Assembly: GCA_963810095.1 (NCBI GenBank)
Contig: CAWEMM010000012.1
Coordinates: 288,001-352,000 of the forward strand
Direction of reading: 5' to 3'
DNA length: 64,000 nt
DNA from: an uncultured Chloroflexia bacterium
GTDB taxonomy: Bacteria > Chloroflexota > Anaerolineae > CG2-30-64-16
Shown: positions 1-8,676 of the stretch, one piece after another
Numbering within the stretch: the stretch's first letter is position 1
Layout: each line of letters starts with the position of its first letter
Notes under the pieces: model-generated
The model's input: only the letters and a program-made list of their open reading frames with translations
The model's database searches: none
What the model was told of the DNA's origin: nothing
Made by a program: the position numbers and the translations under genes

Positions 1-1074
1 CCAGCTGCCAGGTGGGGATCTCCGTCACCCCCCATCGCATCGCGATCGTCATCAGCGACGTGGTTGGAAACAGCGTGAGCGCCACCAGGATCGGGCTGTC
101 GGGGCTCGTGAAGATCAGGATGAAGAAGAAGAACGGCAGCGCGAACAACAGGTTGAAGAAACCCGAAATCTGCTGCCCGTGCTGCAGCTCCGTCACCATG
201 CTGCCGACCGTGATCATCATGCCAGCCAACAGGACGTAGGTTGGCAGGAAGAAGAGCGTTGCGAGGGCCATGGTCGTGCCGGGAACCTGGATCGTGCGCA
301 GCCAGGGCACCTGTGAGCTGCCCCAGACGAGGGCCAGGGCCAGCGCGAACAACCACACCCCAATCTGCGTCAGCGCCACGCCGATGAGACCGATGGCCTT
401 GCCGCCGATCAGCTGGAGCGGCGAAACCGAGGTCATCATGACCTCCACCATGCGGTTTTCCTTCTCCGTCGTCACGGCCTGGAGCAGGTAGCCGCCCGAA
501 CTCATCACGACCATGATGAAGAAGAAGCCGATGACGAACGGCAGGATCGTGGAAACGATAAACCCTTCCTGCGGCATCTCGCGGGGGTCGTTCGCCGACC
601 GGTAATTCAGCGCCACCCCATCGAGCAGCACCTTCTGCGCGCCCGCAGGGGCGTCGGCCACCAGGTGCGCGGTCAGGAAAGTCTGAAAGGCCGCACGCGC
701 GCTGCGCCAGAGGGCGACGTTCCCCAGGTGAGAAGCGTGACGTGCCTCGAAGTAAGGTAGTCGGCGGGGATGAGGTAGTAGGCCTGGATCGCGCCGGACT
801 GCAGGGCCGCCCGGGCCGCCTCGTCGCTCTCGAAGGGCCGGAGATCCACCTCGGCCTCCCCCGCCGCGTACGCCTGCGTCACCGCGGCCCGGGTGACCCC
901 GGCCAGGTCCACGTAGCCCACCGGCCGGTCGTCGCCCTTGGGCATCGCCGTGAAGATCGCAATCGCGACGATCGCGCCGATAAAGAGCGGCATGCCGATG
1001 AGCGAGAGCAGGAAGGAGCGCTTGTGGACCATCCGGTTGTACTCGGCGACCGCCACCTTCCAGAGGTTACCCAT
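1..1074 (-). CDS. ABC-2 type exporter permease (NatB-like), runs off window edge, one frameshift near 700
   Basis: Starts MGNLWKVAVAEYNRMVHKRSFLLS at 1074, overlapping the ATPase stop. The downstream frame on the minus strand reads ...LLQAVTTEKENRMVEVMMTSVSPLQLIGGK, typical of ABC-2/NatB permeases. Confidence 0.85.
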
Positions 1075-2050
1075 TGGCCGCCTCCCGTGCAGGCGCCGCG
1101 GCGCCCGGCTGCTCGGAAACCCGAGCGCCGTCCGGCCCGGCTTCCATGTCCGCTTCGCCCGACACCACGTTGATAAAGATATCGTCCAGGGAGGGCTCGG
1201 CCAGCTCGAAACGCTCGATGTGCGCGCCGGGCTGCTCGGCCAGCGCCCGCAGGACGCCCTGCGGCGCGGCGCCGGCGGCCAGGGACAGCCGCCAGTGGTT
1301 GTTCTCCTGCCGAGCCTCGCGCACCCCGGGCAGGTGGGCGAAGTCTGCCTTGCCGTGGACCAGCACTGCGTTTGTCGAGAACTCACGCTTGATCTGGTCG
1401 ACCGGGCCGTAAAGCACGACCCGCCCCTTGTCGATCAGGACAATGCGGTTGCACATGGCCTCCACCTGGTACATCAGGTGCGTCGACATGATGATCGCCT
1501 TGCCCGCCTGGGCCTGTTCCGAGAGCATGTCGATGGCCATCCGGGTGTTGACGGGGTCCAGATTGGCGAAGGGCTCGTCGACGACGATCAGGTCGGGCTC
1601 GTGGACGAGGGTGGCGATCAGTTGGGCCTTCTGCTGCATGCCCCGGCTCAGGTCCTGGATCTTCTTCTGCCGCGCGTCCCACAGGTCGAGCCGCTTGAGC
1701 CACTTCTCCAGCCGCCGGGTCGCATCCTTCTCCGACAGGCCCTTGAGCGTCGCGAGATAGTGCAGGGTGGGCTCGAGCTTCTGGTCGCGGTACAGTCCGC
1801 GCTCCTCGGGCATGTAGCCGATGCGATGCTTCTTGGCCTCCGTCATCGGGCCGCCGAACAGGCTGACTTGGCCGCAGTCGGGGCGGAAAATGTCGAGCAT
1901 CATGCGGATCGTGGTGGTCTTGCCCGCGCCATTGGGTCCAAGCAAGCCGAAAATCTCACCGGGATACACGTCGAACGAAACCTCGTCGACCGCCCGCAGG
2001 CTGCCAAAGGTTTTGCATACCCCGTTTAGCGAAACTACTGGTTGAGCCAT
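1067..2050 (-). CDS. ABC transporter ATP-binding protein (NatA/YhaQ-like, C-terminal DUF4162-type tail)
   Basis: Walker A GPNGAGKTT, signature LSRGMQQK, Walker B IVVDEP, H-loop STH, and C-terminal EPSLDDIF. Confidence 0.95.
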   Translation of the reverse strand: MAQPVVSLNGVCKTFGSLRAVDEVSFDVYPGEIFGLLGPNGAGKTTTIRMMLDIFRPDCGQVSLFGGPMTEAKKHRIGYMPEERGLYRDQKLEPTLHYLATLKGLSEKDATRRLEKWLKRLDLWDARQKKIQDLSRGMQQKAQLIATLVHEPDLIVVDEPFANLDPVNTRMAIDMLSEQAQAGKAIIMSTHLMYQVEAMCNRIVLIDKGRVVLYGPVDQIKREFSTNAVLVHGKADFAHLPGVREARQENNHWRLSLAAGAAPQGVLRALAEQPGAHIERFELAEPSLDDIFINVVSGEADMEAGPDGARVSEQPGAAAPAREAANG

Positions 2051-2275
2051 GATGAACTCCCAAGTGAAAAAACCGTGTGGGTTGTACTTGACCCTTCAAT
2101 CGTGTATGGTAGCACGAAACCTGCCGGGAACCCGTATCGCCGCTCCCAGTCGGCTGACGCGGTGCGTCCGCAAACCAGACGAATCTGGTGGACAACTCGC
2201 TATAGTGGATACGCCGAACGAAGGCGCATGGTTGCGCTTTTTGGAGTAGAATGAGGCTGACTCAAGGAGGTTGCC

Positions 2276-4273
2276 ATGGCTGCGTTACCGATCGTCAAAA
2301 TGACCCTGTACAAGCACGGCGTCGGCTTCTTCACGCGGTACGGCGAGCAGCCCGGCGAAACCGCTGCCCTTTCGTTCCGGACCGGGGAGATGAACGACGT
2401 GCTCAAGAGCCTGACGGCCGTCGCCGCGGGCGGGCAGGTGTTGGGGGTGGATTACCAGACGCCGGAGGATAAGGCTGCGTTGCTCAGACGGTCGTCTATC
2501 CAGTTGTCCGACGAGGCGAGCCTGCGCGACCTCCTGCGGGATGTGCGGGGCCGCCCGATCACGATCATCACGACGACCGGCAGCCAGACAGGGGTAGTGG
2601 TCGGGGTTGACCTGCCGGGCGAGCGCGAGCCGATGAACGCCGCGCTGGTGTCGCTCCTTCTCCCCGCCACGCGTCAGGTCATCCCCGTCCGCCTCGGCGA
2701 TATCATGATGCTGACACTGGACGACGACCGGGCGGCCGCCGACCTGACCTACTTCCTCGAGACCAGCCTGACCGAGGAGGATAAGCGGGCGGTGACCGTC
2801 CGCCTTTCGCCCGGCGCGCAGGCGGTCAGCATCAGCTACATTGCCCCAAGTCCCGTCTGGCGCGTCAGTTACCGGCTTGTGGCCGACGAGGCGGAGCATC
2901 CTGAGCGGAGCGCGTCTCAAGGGGACGCCGCGCAGTCGAAGGACGCTCCCCGCGCACCATCCCAGTCCGAGTTCACGGGACTGCTCCAGGGCTGGGCGCT
3001 GTTCGACAACACCCTGGACGAAGACCTGGAGAACGTCGAGGTGACCTTCGTGGCCGGGATGCCGGTCAGCTTCGTCTACGACTTGTACACGCCGTTCACG
3101 CCCGACCGCCCGGTCGTCAAGGAAGAGGGCCGCGCCGTGGCCGCGCCGGTGGAGTTCGAGGCCGCCGAGATGGCGTTTGGCGCTGCGCCACCTGCGGCAG
3201 CCACGCGGGCTGCATGATGCGGGAGACGCTGGAGGTGCCTGCGTTCCGCAAAACGCTCAATGCCACGCAGCGCAGATGTGGCCGCGTCGACGACCGTCGC
3301 CGCTGCGGGCCAGGAACAAGGGGAGTTCTTCAGCTACGTGGTCGCCAACCCGATCACCGTGCGCCGGGGCCGGTCTGCGATGGCGCCCATTCTGCAGGGC
3401 GAAGTGAAGTTGACGAAGGAGCGGCTCTACAACGGCCAGAAGCACCCCCGCCACCCGGTCATCGCCATGCGCTTCAAGAACGAGTCGGGCCTGACCCTGG
3501 AACGGGGGCCGCTCACCGTCGTGGAGGCGGGCGAGTACGCGGGCGAGGCAATGCTGCCCTTCACCGCCAGCGACGGGGAAATCTACCTGGCCTACGCGGT
3601 CGACCTGGGCATTACGGTAAGCGAGGAGCCGGGCAGCGAGCGGCGCCTGGAGAGCATCGCCATCCGGGAGGGTCTGCTGGTGGTGCAGGAGTGGGACATC
3701 CAGTCGGTCAAATACCGCCTGCAGAACCGCGGCCGGGCGGCCGCCGCGGTGACGATCGAACACCCCGCACTCGGGGGCTACGAGCCGTTCGAAACGGCCG
3801 AGCCGGCCGAGCGCACGGCACAGTTCCTGCGCTATATCGTGGACGTGGAAGCAGGCAGAAGCGCGACCTTCACTGCCCGGCAGCGCTGCGCCCTCTCGCG
3901 GCGGGAGGAAATCCGGAACCAGAACCTCGCTCAGCTGGCCCAGTGGCTGCGCGACAAGGCGCTTGACCAGGGGACGTACGACCGGCTGGCTGCGATTCTG
4001 AGGCTCTACGAAGCCATCGGCAAGCGGGGGCAGGAAATCCAGAAGAACGCGATGACCCGCCAGAAACTCCTGGAGCAGCAGAAGGTCATCCAGGGGAACC
4101 TGGCCAGCCTCAAGGACAGCGGCGAGGAGGGGCAGCTGCGCACCCGTTACGCCCGCTCGCTGGCCGACCAAGAAGACCGGCTGGCCGCCCTCGACCGCAG
4201 CGACGAGGACCTGCGGAAGGCAAACGAGCAGACAGAGACCGAGATCGCCGCGGCCATCAAGGAACTGAGCTAA
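2276..4273 (+). CDS. DUF4139/DUF4140-type protein, interrupted by an in-frame TGA at 3215-3217
   Basis: ORFs 2276-3217 and 3260-4273 are in the same frame. Motifs LYKHGVGFF, MNDVLKSL, SYIAPSPVWRVSYRL, LQGWALFDNT and a C-terminal coiled coil. RBS AAGGAGG before 2276. Confidence 0.75.
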
Positions 4274-4348
4274 CCACAACGACACCAGGACGCGATGCGT
4301 TGCGGGCGCCCATCCGGCATGGCGGCCTGGTGTCTTTGTCGTAGCGGC

Positions 4349-5729
4349 TCAATCCGCAGCAGCGAGCACGTCTGCCGCCGACACGCGCGCCTTCGACGCG
4401 AACGCGGCGACGCCCACCCGCTGAAGCAGCCAGATGGAGACGAACAGGCCCCCGGCTTCGATGATGAAGACGGCTGCGTACGCGGCGCTGTAGCTGCCCG
4501 TGAGCGAGAGCGCGACGTCGCGCACGATGCCGCCCGCAGCAATGCCCGCCCCCCGGGAAATCAGCTGGATCACCGACCAAAGGGCCAGGTAAGTTCCGGC
4601 CTGGCTTTCCTGGTTTACCGCCATCAGCAGGCTCACCCCACCCACGGTGAAGATGCCGAACCCCAGGCCGAAAAAGATGAGCGTCGGCATGACCATCGGC
4701 AGCGCCTCGCGCAGTGCGACAGCGCCCAGCAGCAGGAGGGGCAGCCCCAGCAGCACCAGGCCCCAGGACGTGGTGCTGACCTGCTGATCCGGCCGCCTGC
4801 GCCGTGTCAGAATGAGTGTGCCCACCATGCCCACGATCACGCCCGTGCCCCAGTAGGCATTGAAACGGGTTGTCTGACCCACGGCCAGCCCAAACACGTC
4901 ACCCCCGAACGGCTCGAGGATCGCATCCTGCATGAAGGCGAAGAAGGCCGAGACTGCGAGGAAGATGGCATAGCGCCGGGCACGCGGGTTGGCCCAGATG
5001 GCCGAGACGGCCTCGCGGATCGACGGCTGCGCTGCGAGTTCATCCTGCGCGGGGCGTCCGCCGCCTTCGGGAACGTGGGGCGACAAACGCCTTGACCGCC
5101 GCTCCTCGCCAACGACGGAAATGAACCAGAAGAAGGCCGCGCCGCCGACGCCGACGAGGACCAGCCGCGTGAAGGCGGCCGGATCATAGACCGGCATCAG
5201 GCGCGGCATAGAGGGCCGGGATGAAGGCGAAGCTGACCACGAGCATCAGTTGCACGATGCCCATCGCCTGGCCGCGCTTGTCATAGGGTGCGCTGTCGTG
5301 CACCAGGGCCAGAAACGGGGCGCCGGAAATCAAGGTGCCCGCGCCGTAAACCACGAACGAAAGCACGGCCAGCGCCCAGCCCAGCGGTGAGCCGGGATCG
5401 CGCGTGATCGCTACGGTCGACAGCGGCAGCAGCGGCAGTGCGAGCAGCATGAGCAGCCGGCCCAGCCAGATGTAGGCCACCCGGCGGCTGCCCAGGATGG
5501 GCCGGGTGTCCGACCGCCGGCCGGCCCACAAAGAGAGCGGCGCCAGAAAGTAGCGCAGGGCCGACAAGAGCGCCACCGGCCAGGCTGCAATGCCGAGGTC
5601 GCTGATGAGCACCCGGTTCCAGACCGCGGACGTCAACAGATCGGCAAACGAAGAACCGATATGAAAAGAACCGAGTTTTAGCGAGCGACGGATGCTGAAC
5701 TCGGGTTCGTGTGGGTCAGTATTTGGCAT
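4349..5729 (-). CDS. PucC/BCD-family MFS transporter, frameshift near 5200
   Basis: N-half has WNRVLISDLG and LAPLSLWAGRRSDT...RRVAYIWLG; C-half has FMQDAILEPFGGDVFGLAVGQTTRFNAYWGTG. Both are characteristic of the PucC (BCD) family. Confidence 0.8.
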
Positions 5730-5800
5730 GGCGTCAATCTAGCGGAAATCGCCCTGTTCGACAGTAAGGAGGATGCCAGCACGCCCCGCAAGGCCCGGTT

Positions 5801-5866
5801 AAGCACAAAGACACGAAGGGGCACTCCGCCCTCCTTCGTGTCTTCGTGTCTTCGTGTCTTTGTGGT
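5801..5866. repeat. Intergenic palindromic repeat, family A (octamer CTTCGTGT units)
   Basis: CACAAAGACACGAAGG ... CCTTCGTGTCTTCGTGTCTTCGTGTCTTTGTGG: an inverted repeat built from 8-nt units. Confidence 0.8.
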
Positions 5867-5878
5867 CGGTTTGCGGAC

Positions 5879-6925
5879 TTACGCAAGGACCTCGCGCACC
5901 GCTTGCAGCGTCGCGGCGATGTCTTCCCGCGTCACGTGGTAATTCGTCACGGCACGAACGCGACGAGGGTCCATGTCGGCCATCCGCACGCCGTATGCTT
6001 CCAGCCGCTCGGAGAAGGTGACGGCGTCCATGTCGGGTCGGAGAATCTTGAAGAAGACGATGTCGGTGCGCACCGACACCGGCTCGACCTCGATGCCGGG
6101 CAGGTCCGCCAGGCCTGCGGCCAGCGCCTCGGCGTTCGAGTGGTCGTCGGCCAGGCGGTCGACCATTTCGTCCAGCGCCACGATGCCCGCTGCTGCGAGG
6201 ATGCCCACCTGGCGCATGCCCCCGCCTAGCACCTTGCGGTTGCGGTGAGCCTGGGTAATGAACTCCCGGCTTCCACAGATGATGGAACCGACCGGCGCAG
6301 CCAACCCCTTGCTGAGGCAGAACGTCACCGAGTCCGCATCCCTGACGAGCTCCTTAGCATCGACGCCCAACGCGACCGACGCATTGAAAAGGCGCGCACC
6401 GTCGATGTGCAGGCGCAGGCCGCGACTGTGCGCGAGGTCCGCGACCCGGCGGGTGTACTCCACCGTGAGCGGGACGCCGCCGCACCGGTTGTGCGTGTTC
6501 TCCAGGCAGATCAGCCGGGTGCGTGGCGCGTGGATGTCGTCGGGGCGGATGGCCGCCGCAAGCTCGCCCAGGTCCATCGTACCGTCAGCTTGGTTCTTAA
6601 CCAGGTGCGGCATGATGCCGCCCAGGGCCGCGCAGCCGCCCTGCTCGTAGCGGAACGTGTGCGACTGGTCGCCCATGATCGCTTCGTCGCCGCGGCCGCA
6701 ATGGGTCAGCAGGCTGACGAGGTTGCCCTGGGTTCCCGAGGCGACAAAAAGGCCGGCCTCCTTGCCCAGGCGCGCCGCCGCCTTCTCTTCGAGGCAGTGC
6801 ACTGTGGGGTCTTCGCCCCACACATCGTCGCCCACTTCGGCATCGGCCATCGCCTGGCGCATGGCCGGAGTCGGCTTCGTGAACGTGTCACTTCGCATTT
6901 CAATGATATGATCCATGCTACGCAT
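5879..6925 (-). CDS. ltaE: Low-specificity L-threonine aldolase
   Basis: Motifs RSDTFTKPT, VGDDVWGEDPTV, LENTHN, HIDGARLFNA, CLSKGLAAPVGS (PLP lysine) and GGGMRQ. Confidence 0.95.
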   Translation of the reverse strand: MRSMDHIIEMRSDTFTKPTPAMRQAMADAEVGDDVWGEDPTVHCLEEKAAARLGKEAGLFVASGTQGNLVSLLTHCGRGDEAIMGDQSHTFRYEQGGCAALGGIMPHLVKNQADGTMDLGELAAAIRPDDIHAPRTRLICLENTHNRCGGVPLTVEYTRRVADLAHSRGLRLHIDGARLFNASVALGVDAKELVRDADSVTFCLSKGLAAPVGSIICGSREFITQAHRNRKVLGGGMRQVGILAAAGIVALDEMVDRLADDHSNAEALAAGLADLPGIEVEPVSVRTDIVFFKILRPDMDAVTFSERLEAYGVRMADMDPRRVRAVTNYHVTREDIAATLQAVREVLA

Positions 6926-6957
6926 AAAAGAAAAATCCTCCCTGTGCAGGGAGGATT
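6926..6957 (-). terminator. Intrinsic terminator-like hairpin directly upstream of the ltaE start, overlapping a TATAAT box
   Basis: Minus strand reads AATCCTCCCTG-CA-CAGGGAGGATT followed by TTTCTTTT and then ATG. Confidence 0.65.
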
Positions 6958-7004
6958 ATACCATACGCGCCGCAGGCGAACCCGATTTACGACGATAACT
7001 GACC

Positions 7005-7083
7005 AACCGCAGAGACACTAAGAATCCCGGAGAACAAGAGAATGACCTTCGCCGACCTCTGTGTCTTGGTGTCTTTGTGGTGA
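7005..7083. repeat. Intergenic palindromic repeat, family A
   Basis: AACCGCAGAGACACTAAG ... CTCTGTGTCTTGGTGTCTTTGTGGTGA. Confidence 0.75.
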
Positions 7084-7102
7084 GAACTCACGCACGCATC
7101 GG

Positions 7103-7912
7103 CTAGTACTTCCGCACCAGCGCCCGATACGCTGCGGGCTGGCGGCACTGGAAAATCTGCGACTCCTCGCGCACCGTGCGAATTTCGTCCAGGTCCACCG
7201 TGGCGACGGCATACCCCTCCGCCGCGTCCAGGCACGTGTGCACCTGCCCGCGCGGGCCCACCAACATGGACTCGCCGCCGAAGGTGTAGCTCGGCTCCTT
7301 CCCGATGCGGTTCGCCGCCGCCAGGTAGACTGCATTCTCGCAGGCCCGCGCGACGGTGAAGGCCCGCCACGCCTCCATCTGGTCACTGGTCCATGCGGCG
7401 GGCGCGACGATCAGGTCTGCGCCGTCGAGCGCCAGACCGCGCGCGACCTCGGGAAACGCCATGTCCCAGCCGATCATGACGCCGAGCCCGCCAAATTCGG
7501 TGTCGAATATCGGCATGCGGTAGCCGGGGCGAAAGGCGAGTCGCTCCTCGCCCTGGAGGTGCAGCTTGCGATAGTCGCCCAGCAGCTCGCCGTCCGGCCC
7601 AATCACCACGGCCGCGTCGAACAGAATGCTCTCGACCTTTTCCTTGACGGGCATGCCGAACACGACGTACACGCTGAACTCCGCCGCCTTGCCCGCAATA
7701 TAGGACACGGCATGGCCGGTCACCCGTTCGGCCAGCCGCGTAAAATTCAAGCCGCACTCGTAGCCTGACAGCGCCAGTTCCGGAAAAACGATGAGGTTGG
7801 TCGGCTGCTCGCTGCAGATGCGTTGGATGTAGCTCCCCATCCGGCGGAGGTTCTCTTCATTATCGTTGATCGCCGGCGTCATTTGGGCCAAAGCAATCGT
7901 CACTTCTCGCAT
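7103..7912 (-). CDS. Carbon-nitrogen hydrolase (nitrilase superfamily) protein with Gly at the catalytic Cys position
   Basis: Start MREVTIALAQ with a GAGGAG RBS. Motifs IVFPELALSGY (Glu), YRKLHL (Lys) and GVMIGWDMAFPE where the family consensus is ICxD; also ARACEN. Confidence 0.9.
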   Translation of the reverse strand: MREVTIALAQMTPAINDNEENLRRMGSYIQRICSEQPTNLIVFPELALSGYECGLNFTRLAERVTGHAVSYIAGKAAEFSVYVVFGMPVKEKVESILFDAAVVIGPDGELLGDYRKLHLQGEERLAFRPGYRMPIFDTEFGGLGVMIGWDMAFPEVARGLALDGADLIVAPAAWTSDQMEAWRAFTVARACENAVYLAAANRIGKEPSYTFGGESMLVGPRGQVHTCLDAAEGYAVATVDLDEIRTVREESQIFQCRQPAAYRALVRKY

Positions 7913-7988
7913 CGTAAGGCTCCTCTCGCTAATTGTGCACCATTTTAGAACATTTGTTGGCAAATTGCAAGTGCGGCTTTGCCGCATA

Positions 7989-8047
7989 GGCACAAAGACA
8001 CCGGATGTTCGCAAAGTTTTATTGCCATCCTTGTGTCTCGGTGGTAA
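7989..8047. repeat. Intergenic palindromic repeat, family A
   Basis: GGCACAAAGACACC ... CCTTGTGTCTCGGTGGTAA. Confidence 0.65.
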
Positions 8048-8413
8048 TTATTCTCGGCCGGTCGGCAGGCCCTCCCACAGCCGCTCGACGTGGTCCATGC
8101 CCCGCCAACCGAATCGCCCGAGGTCGACGTGCCCGCTCGCATCGAACACCACGCCTTCCTCCTCGAGCAGCGCCCGCTGCAGGTCGGCCCCCAGGTCCAC
8201 CCGCGAGATACTGATACGCCCTCGGCTGTTGATGACCCGCTGCCACGGCACATCGTCGACATCGCTGCCGCGCAGCGCGTTAAGCGCCCACCCCACCGTG
8301 CGCGCGGCCTGCGGGTGGCCGAGCAGCGCCGCGATCTGGCCGTAAGAGGCAACCTGGCCGCGCGGAATCTGGCGCACGACGGCGTAAACCCGGTCGAAGA
8401 AACTGGGCTCCAC
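8048..8413 (-). CDS. Alkyltransferase-like (ATL/YbaZ-type, MGMT family) DNA-binding protein
   Basis: VRQIPRGQVASYGQIA...ARTVGWAL...VPWQRVINSRG, with Trp in place of the MGMT PCHR cysteine. GTG start preceded by GAGGAGG. Confidence 0.9.
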   Translation of the reverse strand: MEPSFFDRVYAVVRQIPRGQVASYGQIAALLGHPQAARTVGWALNALRGSDVDDVPWQRVINSRGRISISRVDLGADLQRALLEEEGVVFDASGHVDLGRFGWRGMDHVERLWEGLPTGRE

Positions 8414-8449
8414 ACGAACCTCCTCATGGCCGGCCGGCGTAAGATGGAA

Positions 8450-8518
8450 TAGGACGCTGATTGAACGGATCGGACTGATGATCATGATCTTTTACCCTAA
8501 GGACAGTTCCGATCAGTT
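8450..8518. repeat. Intergenic repeat, family B (second copy at about 56125-56180)
   Basis: TAGGAC(G/C)CTGATTGAACGGATCGGACTGAT(G/T)ATCA(T/C)GATCTTT...AAGGACAGT is present at both loci in direct orientation. Confidence 0.85.
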
Positions 8519-8676
8519 GCACGACTACTTGCGGGCATTGTACTGCGGGTGGGCGAGCGTGCCAACGCCGGGACCGCCGTTTCGGGGCCTGGGCGCATAG
8601 GCTGAATATGGTAAAATGCACGAGTACGACGTGGTTTGAGCGAATGCGAGCGATGAGGCGAAAGGCAGTGGCTTCT

